DNA of 64,000 nt, taken from assembly GCA_964057225.1 (NCBI GenBank), contig OZ059900.1:10664001-10728000 (forward strand). The letters run 5' to 3'. A program made the translations under genes and the position numbers. The notes beneath the pieces were generated by a model that did not search any database, was not told where the DNA came from, and saw only the letters and a list, made by a program, of their open reading frames with translations. Of this stretch, positions 54,801-64,000 are shown one piece after another; position 1 is the first letter of the stretch, and the number at the start of each line of letters is the position of its first letter. The stretch comes from Auanema rhodensis. Its lineage: Eukaryota > Animalia > Nematoda.

Positions 54801-57800
54801 TTATGCATAGGGAGGTGCTATAGCACCGTGCTACGGCATGAACATTGAAAAGTATAGTTCAAAATCAATACAAGGGTATTCAGAACATTTATGCAACCTG
54901 AATAATGTGAACACTTATTAATATGTTTCTCTGTGTTTTTTTTTGAACTTGCAAAATGCTTATGCATAGGGAGGTGCTATAGCACCGTGCTACGGCATGA
55001 ACATTGAAAAGTATAGTTCAAAATCAATACAAGGGTATTCAGAACATTTATGCAACCTGAATAATGTGAACACTTATTAATATGTTTCTTTGTGTTTTTT
55101 TGAACTTGCAGAATGCTTATGCATAGAAAGGTGCTATAGCACCGTGCTACGGCATGAACATTGAAAAGTATAGTTCAAAATCAATACAAGGGTATTCAGA
55201 AAATTTATGCAACCTGAATAGTGTGAACACTTATTAATATGTTTCTTTGTGTTTTTTTGAACTTGCATACGTTGTATCCTCTCAATACTTATACATGGGA
55301 AGGCGGCACCGTGCTTGAGCACCGTGCTGTTTCTTTGTGTTTTTTGAACTTGCAGAATGCTTATGCATAGAAAGGTGCTATAGCACCGTGCTACGGCATG
55401 AACATTGAAAAGTATAGTTCAAAATCAATACAAGGGTATTCAGAACATTTATGCAACCTGAATAATGTGAACACTTATTAATATGTTTCTTTGTGTTTTT
55501 TTGAACTTGCATACGTTGTATCCTCTCAATACTTATGCATGGGAAGGCGGCACCGTGCTTGAGCACCGTGCTGTTTCTTTGTGTTTTTTGAACTTGCAGA
55601 ATGCTTATGCATAGAAAGGTGCTATAGCACCGTGCTACGGCATGAACATTGAAAAGTATAGTTCAAAATCAATACAAGGGTATTCAGAATATTTATGCAA
55701 CCTGAATAATGTGAACACTTATTAATATGTTTCTTTGTGTTTTTTTGAACTTGCATACGTTGTATCCTCTCAATACTTATGCATGGGAAGGCGGCACCGT
55801 GCTTGAGCACCGTGCTGTTTCTTTGTGTTTTTTGAACTTGCAGAATGCTTATGCATAGAAAGGTGCTATAGCACCGTGCTACGGCATGAACATTGAAAAG
55901 TATAGTTCAAAATCAATACAAGGGTATTCAGAATATTTATGCAACCTGAATAATGTGAACACTTATTAAAATATTTCTTTGTGTTTTTTTTGGAACTTGC
56001 ATACATTGTATCCTTAGAATGCTTATGCATGGGAAGGTGGCACCGTGCTACGGCTTGAACATTGAAAAGTATAGTTCAAAATCAATACAAGGGTATTCAG
56101 AACATTTATGCAACCTGAATAATGTGAACACTTATTAATATGTTTCTTTGTGTTTTTTTGAACTTGCAGAATGCTTATGCATAGGGAGGTGCTATAGCAC
56201 CGTGCTACGGCATGAACATTGAAAAGTATAGTTCAAAATCAATACAAGGGTATTCAGAACATTTATGCAACCTGAATAATGTGAACACTTATTAATATGT
56301 TTCTTTGTGTTTTTTTGAACTTGCAGAATGCTTATGCATAGGGAGGTGCTATAGCACCGTGCTACGGCATGAACATTGAAAAGTATAGTTCAAAATCAAT
56401 ACAAGGGTATTCAGAACATTTATGCAACCTGAATAATGTGAACACTTATTAATATGTTTCTTTGTGTTTTTTTGAACTTGCAGAATGCTTATGCATAGGG
56501 AGGTGCTATAGCACCGTGCTACGGCATGAACATTGAAAAGTATAGTTCAAAATCAATACAAGGGTATTCAGAACATTTATGCGACCTGAATAATGTGAAC
56601 ACTTATTAATATGTTTCTCTGTGTTTTTTTTTGAACTTGCAGAATGCTTATGCATAGGGAGGTGCTATAGCACCGTGCTACGGCATGAACATTGAAAAGT
56701 ATAGTTCAAAATCAATACAAGGGTATTCAGAACATTTATGCAACCTGAATAATGTGAACACTTATTAATATGTTTCTCTGTGTTTTTTTTTGAACTTGCA
56801 GAATGCTTCTGCATAGAAAGGTGCTATAGCACCGTGCTACGGCATGAACATTGAAAAGTATAGTTCAAAATCAATACAAGGGTATTCAGAACATTTATGC
56901 AACCTGAATAATGTGAACACTTATTAATATGTTTCTTTGTGTTTTTTTGAACTTGCAGAATGCTTATGCATAGAAAGGTGCTATAGCACCGTGCTACGGC
57001 ATGAACATTGAAAAGTATAGTTCAAAATCAATACAAGGGTATTCAGAACATTTATGCAACCTGAATAATGTGAACACTTATTAATATGTTTCTTTGTGTT
57101 TTTTTGAACTTGCAGAATGCTTATGCATAGGGAGGTGCTATAGCACCGTGCTACGGCATGAACATTGAAAAGTATAGTTCAAAATCAATACAAGGGTATT
57201 CAGAACATTTATGCAACCTGAATAATGTGAACACTTATTAATATGTTTCTTTGTGTTTTTTTGAACTTGCAGAATGCTTATGCATAGGGAGGTGCTATAG
57301 CACCGTGCTACGGCATGAACATTGAAAAGTATAGTTCAAAATCAATACAAGGGTATTCAGAACATTTATGCAACCTGAATAATGTGAACACTTATTAATA
57401 TGTTTCTTTGTGTTTTTTTGAACTTGCAGAATGCTTATGCATAGGGAGGTGCTATAGCACCGTGCTACGGCATGAACATTGAAAAGTATAGTTCAAAATC
57501 AATACAAGGGTATTCAGAACATTTATGCGACCTGAATAATGTGAACACTTATTAATATGTTTCTCTGTGTTTTTTTTTGAACTTGCAGAATGCTTATGCA
57601 TAGGGAGGTGCTATAGCACCGTGCTACGGCATGAACATTGAAAAGTATAGTTCAAAATCAATACAAGGGTATTCAGAACATTTATGCAACCTGAATAATG
57701 TGAACACTTATTAATATGTTTCTCTGTGTTTTTTTTTGAACTTGCAGAATGCTTCTGCATAGAAAGGTGCTATAGCACCGTGCTACGGCATGAACATTGA

Positions 57801-60800
57801 AAAGTATAGTTCAAAATCAATACAAGGGTATTCAGAACATTTATGCAACCTGAATAATGTGAACACTTATTAATATGTTTCTTTGTGTTTTTTTGAACTT
57901 GCAGAATGCTTATGCATAGAAAGGTGCTATAGCACCGTGCTACGGCATGAACATTGAAAAGTATAGTTCAAAATCAATACAAGGGTATTCAGAACATTTA
58001 TGCAACCTGAATAATGTGAACACTTATTAATATGTTTCTTTGTGTTTTTTTGAACTTGCAGAATGCTTATGCATAGAAAGGTGCTATAGCACCGTGCTAC
58101 GGCATGAACATTGAAAAGTATAGTTCAAAATCAATACAAGGGTATTCAGAACATTTATGCAACCTGAATAATGTGAACACTTATTAATATGTTTCTTAGT
58201 GTTTTTTTGAACTTGCAGAATGCTTATGCATAGAAAGGTGCTATAGCACCGTGCTACGGCATGAACATTGAAAAGTATAGTTCAAAATCAATACAAGGGT
58301 ATTCAGAACATTTATGCAACCTGAATAATGTGAACACTTATTAATATGTTTCTTTGTGTTTTTTTGAACTTGCAGAATGCTTATGCATAGGGAGGTGCTA
58401 TAGCACCGTGCTACGGCATGAACATTGAAAAGTATAGTTCAAAATCAATACAAGGGTATTCAGAACATTTATGCAACCTGAATAATGTGAACACTTATTA
58501 ATATGTTTCTTTGTGTTTTTTTGAACTTGCAGAATGCTTATGCATAGGGAGGTGCTATAGCACCGTGCTACGGCATGAACATTGAAAAGTATAGTTCAAA
58601 ATCAATACAAGGGTATTCAGAACATTTATGCGACCTGAATAATGTGAACACTTATTAATATGTTTCTCTGTGTTTTTTTTTGAACTTGCAGAATGCTTAT
58701 GCATAGGGAGGTGCTATAGCACCGTGCTACGGCATGAACATTGAAAAGTATAGTTCAAAATCAATACAAGGGTATTCAGAACATTTATGCAACCTGAATA
58801 ATGTGAACACTTATTAATATGTTTCTCTGTGTTTTTTTTTGAACTTGCAGAATGCTTCTGCATAGAAAGGTGCTATAGCACCGTGCTACGGCATGAACAT
58901 TGAAAAGTATAGTTCAAAATCAATACAAGGGTATTCAGAACATTTATGCAACCTGAATAATGTGAACACTTATTAATATGTTTCTTTGTGTTTTTTTGAA
59001 CTTGCAGAATGCTTATGCATAGAAAGGTGCTATAGCACCGTGCTACGGCATGAACATTGAAAAGTATAGTTCAAAATCAATACAAGGGTATTCAGAACAT
59101 TTATGCAACCTGAATAATGTGAACACTTATTAATATGTTTCTTTGTGTTTTTTTGAACTTGCAGAATGCTTATGCATAGAAAGGTGCTATAGCACCGTGC
59201 TACGGCATGAACATTGAAAAGTATAGTTCAAAATCAATACAAGGGTATTCAGAACATTTATGCAACCTGAATAATGTGAACACTTATTAATATGTTTCTT
59301 TGTGTTTTTTTGAACTTGCAGAATGCTTATGCATAGGGAGGTGCTATAGCACCGTGCTACGGCATGAACATTGAAAAGTATAGTTCAAAATCAATACAAG
59401 GGTATTCAGAACATTTATGCAACCTGAATAATGTGAACACTTATTAATATGTTTCTCTGTGTTTTTTTTTGAACTTGCAGAATGCTTCTGCATAGAAAGG
59501 TGCTATAGCACCGTGCTACGGCATGAACATTGAAAAGTATAGTTCAAAATCAATACAAGGGTATTCAGAACATTTATGCAACCTGAATAATGTGAACACT
59601 TATTAATATGTTTCTTTGTGTTTTTTTGAACTTGCAGAATGCTTATGCATAGAAAGGTGCTATAGCACCGTGCTACGGCATGAACATTGAAAAGTATAGT
59701 TCAAAATCAATACAAGGGTATTCAGAACATTTATGCAACCTGAATAATGTGAACACTTATTAATATGTTTCTTTGTGTTTTTTTGAACTTGCAGAATGCT
59801 TATGCATAGAAAGGTGCTATAGCACCGTGCTACGGCATGAACATTGAAAAGTATAGTTCAAAATCAATACAAGGGTATTCAGAACATTTATGCAACCTGA
59901 ATAATGTGAACACTTATTAATATGTTTCTTTGTGTTTTTTTGAACTTGCAGAATGCTTATGCATAGAAAGGTGCTATAGCACCGTGCTACGGCATGAACA
60001 TTGAAAAGTATAGTTCAAAATCAATACAAGGGTATTCAGAACATTTATGCAACCTGAATAATGTGAACACTTATTAATATGTTTCTTTGTGTTTTTTTGA
60101 ACTTGCAGAATGCTTATGCATAGAAAGGTGCTATAGCACCGTGCTACGGCATGAACATTGAAAAGTATAGTTCAAAATCAATACAAGGGTATTCAGAACA
60201 TTTATGCAACCTGAATAATGTGAACACTTATTAATATGTTTCTTTGTGTTTTTTTGAACTTGCATACGTTGTATCCTCTCAATACTTATGCATGGGAAGG
60301 CGGCACCGTGCTTGAGCACCGTGCTGTTTCTTTGTGTTTTTTGAACTTGCAGAATGCTTATGCATAGAAAGGTGCTATAGCACCGTGCTACGGCATGAAC
60401 ATTGAAAAGTATAGTTCAAAATCAATACAAGGGTATTCAGAACATTTATGCAACCTGAATAATGTGAACACTTATTAATATGTTTCTTTGTGTTTTTTTG
60501 AACTTGCAGAATGCTTATGCATAGAAAGGTGCTATAGCACCGTGCTACGGCATGAACATTGAAAAGTATAGTTCAAAATCAATACAAGGGTATTCAGAAC
60601 ATTTATGCAACCTGAATAATGTGAACACTTATTAATATGTTTCTTTGTGTTTTTTTGAACTTGCAGAATGCTTATGCATAGAAAGGTGCTATAGCACCGA
60701 GCTACGGCATGAACATTGAAAAGTATAGTTCAAAATCAATACAAGGGTATTCAGAACATTTATGCAACCTGAATAATGTGAACACTTATTAATATGTTTC

Positions 60801-61025
60801 TTTGTGTTTTTTTGAATTTGCATACGTTGTATCCTCTCAATACTTATGCATGGGAAGGCGGCACCGTGCTTGAGCACCGTGCTGTTTCTTTGTGTTTTTT
60901 GAACTTGCAGAATGCTTATGCATAGGAAAGTGCTATAGCACCGTGCTATGGCATGAACATTGAAAAGTATAGTTCAGAATCAATACAATAGTATTTAGAG
61001 AATTTATGCAAAATTATGTGAACGT
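42850..61025 (+). repeat. Homogeneous tandem satellite array, roughly 100 monomers of 157 bp (A), 244 bp (B) and 169 bp (C)
   Basis: Periods measured from landmarks: 58241 to 58398 = 157; 42983 to 43227 = 244; 43966 to 44135 = 169. Copies are near-identical and share the core GGTGCTATAGCACCGTGCTACGGCATGAACATTGAAAAG. Confidence 0.98.
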
Positions 61026-61029
61026 ATGT

Positions 61030-61972
61030 CGTAGCATGGTGCTCTAGCACGTTGCTCTAGCGCGGTGCTATAGCACGTTTCCATGCATAAGTATTATGAG
61101 GATACAACGTATGCAAGTTCAAAAAAAACACAAAGAAACATTTTAAAAAGTGTTCACGTAATTCATGTTGTATAAGTTCTCTAAATACCCTTGTATTGAT
61201 TTTTAACTATACTTTTCAATGTTCAAGCTGTAGCATGGTGCTCTAGCACGGTGCCATACCACCTTCCCATGCATAAGCTCGATCACTAAAATACTCGGTA
61301 TATCTTCTAATAAAGAACTTGACTTGTTCATGATTCCGATAAAGATAACAAACAATCAAATCAGTTATAGAAAAGAAATTTACTCAGTCAACTGCATTCA
61401 ATATTCGACCCTATTGGGTAGTCAGCCTCTATACTTTTACCACTCAAACTTATAATGCGAGAAATTATAAATACTAAACTATCAAGGGACCAACCTATTA
61501 AGTCAAACAGTATCAAACAATGGGAAGAACACTTAACTCAAATCAACCACAATCAGTTGACCATGAACAGATATTTTCCATTCGTGGACCATGAAACGTA
61601 ATTATATGTTTTTGCTGACGCAATCAAGCCATGGCCGCTTGTTTATACTTTCAAACAAAACAGAAGGTTCAAGCCCGTTCGGTCAACAAGTGATAAACAC
61701 GTTCTGACCGTGTGACTTATGTCTATAGGTTTATCGGAATCATGAACGAGTCAAGTTCTTTATTAGAGGATATACCGAGTATTTTAGTGATCGAGCTTAT
61801 GCTTGGGAAGGTGGTATGGCACCGTGCGCGAGCACTGTGCTACGGCATGAACATTGAAAAGTATAGTTCAAAATCAATACAAGGGTATTTAGAGAATTTA
61901 TACAACATGAATTACGTGAACACTTTTCAAAATGTTTCTTTGTGTTTTTTTTGAAATTGCATACATTGTATC
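61030..61972. repeat. Large inverted repeat (arms ~61030-61343 and 61730-~61972, 386-bp spacer)
   Basis: gcataagctcgatcactaaaatactcggtatatcttctaataaagaacttgacttgttcatgattccgataaa (61271-61343) is mirrored by tttatcggaatcatgaacgagtc...gatcgagcttatgc (61730-61802). The flanking satellite monomers point in opposite directions. Confidence 0.92.
61282..61670 (+). mobile_element. Decayed BEL/Pao LTR-retrotransposon pol fragment (RT end / Peptidase_A17-RNase H region)
   Basis: Manual translation across frameshifts and stops: ITKILGISSNKELDLFMIPI / KRNLLSQLHSIFDPIG*SASILLPLKLIMREII..LSRDQPI...KQWEEHL / RYFPF...*LYVFADA / QAMAACLYF. These follow the KxLG, KR.LS....FDP.G and L.VFADAS..A.AAC.Y motifs of Pao elements in the correct order. 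Confidence 0.85.
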
Positions 61973-62819
61973 CTTACAATCCTTATGAATGGGAAGGTGT
62001 TACCTCACTCTGCTATTGCACCGCTCTAGAGCGACGTGCTAGAGCACCATGCTACAGCACCATGCTACGGCATGAACATTGTAAAGTATAGTTCAAGATC
62101 GATACAATAGTATTTAGAGAAATTATGCAGCATGAATTACGTGAATACTTTTTAGAATGTTTCTTTGTGTTTTTTTTGAACTTGCGTACGTTGTATCCTC
62201 ACAATACTTATGCATGGAACCGTGCTACAGCACCGCGCTAGAGCAACGTGCTAGAGCACCATGCTACGGCATGAACATTGAAAAGTATAGTTCAAAATCA
62301 ATACAGGGATATTTAGAGAACTTATACAACATGAATTAGGTGAATACTTATTAAAATATTTCTTTGTGTTTTTTTCAACTTGCATACATTGTATACTTAC
62401 AATCCTTATGAATGGGAAGGTGTTACCTCACTCTGCTATAGCACCGCGCTAGAGCAACGTGCTAGAGCACCATGCTACGGCATGAACAGTGAAAAGTATA
62501 GTTCAAAATCAATACAAGGGTATTTAGAGAACTTATACAACATGAATTACGTGAACACTTTTTAAAATGTTTCTTTGTGTTTTTTTTGAGCTTGCATACG
62601 TTGTATCCTCATAATACTTATGCATGGAAACGTGCTATAGCACCGCGCTAGGGCAACGTGCTAGAGCACCATGCTACGGCATGAACATTGTAAAGTATAG
62701 TTCAAGATCGATACAACGATATTAAGAGAACTTATGCAGCATGAATTACGTGAATACTTCTTAAAATGTTTCTCTGTGTTTTTTTTTGAACTTGCATACA
62801 TTGTATCCTTACAATCGTA
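61796..62819 (+). repeat. Diverged (older) monomers of the same satellite family, ~5 copies of ~185-210 bp
   Basis: Same GAACATTGAAAAGTATAGTTCAAAATCAATACAAGGG core with many substitutions and the variant palindromic block GCACCGCGCTAGAGCAACGTGCTAGAGCACC. Confidence 0.93.
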
Positions 62820-62880
62820 TAAAAAATAAATAAAATGATAGTTTGAATGGAGCATCCGTTGTGATAAAAAACCAAATTAA

Positions 62881-62962
62881 CGATCAGGATGAGATTCGAA
62901 CTCACGCGGGGAAACCCCAATGGATTAGCAGTCCATCGCCTTAACCACTCGGCCACCTGATC
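62881..62962 (-). tRNA. tRNA-Ser (anticodon GCT), copy 1
   Basis: GATCAGGTGGCCGAGTGGTTAAGGCGATGGACTGCTAATCCATTGGGGTTTCCCCGCGTGAGTTCGAATCTCATCCTGATCG: 82 nt, A and B boxes, long variable arm, intact stems, downstream T-run. Confidence 0.97.
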
Positions 62963-63128
62963 ACAGGGTTTTTCCAAGAATACTCTTACTTAAACAAAGA
63001 AATTATTGTGAGAATAAATAACGTCAACAAATGAATAATAAAGTCTTTCTATTAAATCAGGTGGCTTGGCTTTATTTAGAAATTGATAGTTTGAATGGAG
63101 CATCCGTTGTCATAAAAAACAAAATTAA

Positions 63129-63210
63129 CGATCAGGATGAGATTCGAACTCACGCGGGGAAACCCCAATGGATTAGCAGTCCATCGCCTTAACCACTCGG
63201 CCACCTGATC
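63129..63210 (-). tRNA. tRNA-Ser (anticodon GCT), copy 2
   Basis: Identical to copy 1. Confidence 0.97.
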
Positions 63211-63376
63211 ACAGGGTTTTTCCAAGAATACTCTTACTTAAACAAAGAAATTATTGTGAGAATAAATAATTTCAACAAATAAATAATAAATTCTTCCTAT
63301 TAAATCGGGTGGCTTGGCTTTATTTAGAAAATGATAGTTTGAATGGAGCATCCGTTGTCATAAAAAACAAAATTAA

Positions 63377-63458
63377 CGATCAGGATGAGATTCGAACTCA
63401 CGCGGGGAAACCCCAATGGATTAGCAGTCCATCGCCTTAACCACTCGGCCACCTGATC
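63377..63458 (-). tRNA. tRNA-Ser (anticodon GCT), copy 3
   Basis: Identical to copy 1. Confidence 0.97.
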
Positions 63459-63575
63459 ACAGGGTTTTTCCAAGAATACTCTTACTTAAACAAAGAAATT
63501 ATTGTGACAACAAATATCGTCAGCAAACAAATAAGAAAGTCTTCCTATTGAATCAGTTGTCTTGGCTTTATTTAG

Positions 63576-64000
63576 TGTTACATACATATCTCAAAGGAAA
63601 GCAGCTGACCATGGCAGCTGCTATTATTAAACTAATGCAGATAGTTTTTAAGCAATTCTGAGAATATTCTAGATGCACTTTTTATAAGCTTTGTAACAAT
63701 TTGTGTAAACTGAGTAGGAGTTGTATGGATATATAAACCTGAGTCCTCAAGACTCAGGCATCTCATTATCTCATTATCTTACTTTCTCTTTATCTTCTTT
63801 ATATTCTCTTTCTTAACTCTAGCTTTAATCTTTGTATAATTATATTATAATGCGAACAATAAACCTTTATATATTTCATCTCTTGTTTCTTATTTCACCT
63901 TACATTACACACTTATATTTAAAATCATACTCATCTTCTCATAGTCTGTTTGGATCTCTCAACTTGGAACCATTGAGAATCTAAATGGAACGTGGAGGTT
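63576..64000 (+). mobile_element. Probable LTR start interrupting the tRNA repeat (likely runs off the window)
   Basis: The third tRNA unit breaks after ...ggctttatttag and new sequence starts TGTTAC. It contains TATATAAA (~63730), a pyrimidine-rich tract and AATAAA (~63858), an LTR-like layout. No second LTR or PBS is visible. Confidence 0.45.

Larger units (their letters stand above)
62836..63575. repeat. Three tandem 248-bp units, each carrying one tRNA-Ser gene
   Basis: tRNA ends at 62881, 63129 and 63377 give period 248; the flanks (tgatagtttgaatggagcatccgttg..., acagggtttttccaagaatactc) are repeated too. Confidence 0.95.

Noticed and set aside
42983-60877. Dozens of repeated 62-93 aa ORFs (MLKHGAAFPCISIER...)
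   Set aside because: They are a by-product of the 244-bp satellite monomer: mostly non-ATG (GTG) starts, no splice structure, no recognisable domain.
42850-61025. CRISPR-like array (palindromic repeat with regular spacing)
   Set aside because: The intervening sequences are identical rather than unique spacers, there are no cas genes, and the context is eukaryotic.
61030-62819. Foldback/TIR DNA transposon or Helitron end as the source of the satellite
   Set aside because: The non-satellite part of the arms is Pao pol sequence; no transposase, terminal motif or target-site duplication is visible.
62732-62977. 81-aa ORF MEKPCDQVAEWLRRW...
   Set aside because: It is a translation through the tRNA-Ser gene and satellite.

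Overview
AT-rich nematode (probably rhabditid) genomic DNA in two sharply different halves. Positions 1-~42.8 kb are gene-rich with short GT-AG introns. They hold an EB-module cysteine-rich secreted protein (-), an SLC16/MCT transporter (+), a ser-3-like octopamine GPCR with a GC-AG intron (+), a short unknown ORF (+), rund-1 (-), DB-module (-), C6-domain (-) and DM13-domain (+) secreted proteins. They also hold two small spliced neuropeptide genes that the ORF track misses or garbles: capa-1/nlp-44 and nlp-49. From ~42.85 kb the sequence becomes an ~18-kb satellite array (157/244/169-bp related monomers), then an inverted-duplication junction containing a decayed BEL/Pao pol fragment, diverged monomers, three tandem tRNA-Ser(GCT) genes and a probable LTR start. 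Exactly at the gene/satellite boundary sits the palindrome TCAGGC-TCA-GCCTTTGAT (~42798-42815). It resembles the Sequence For Elimination motif of rhabditid programmed DNA elimination, so this window may span a germline chromosome-break/telomere-addition site. That reading is an inference and needs read-level checking. Gene models were spliced by eye.
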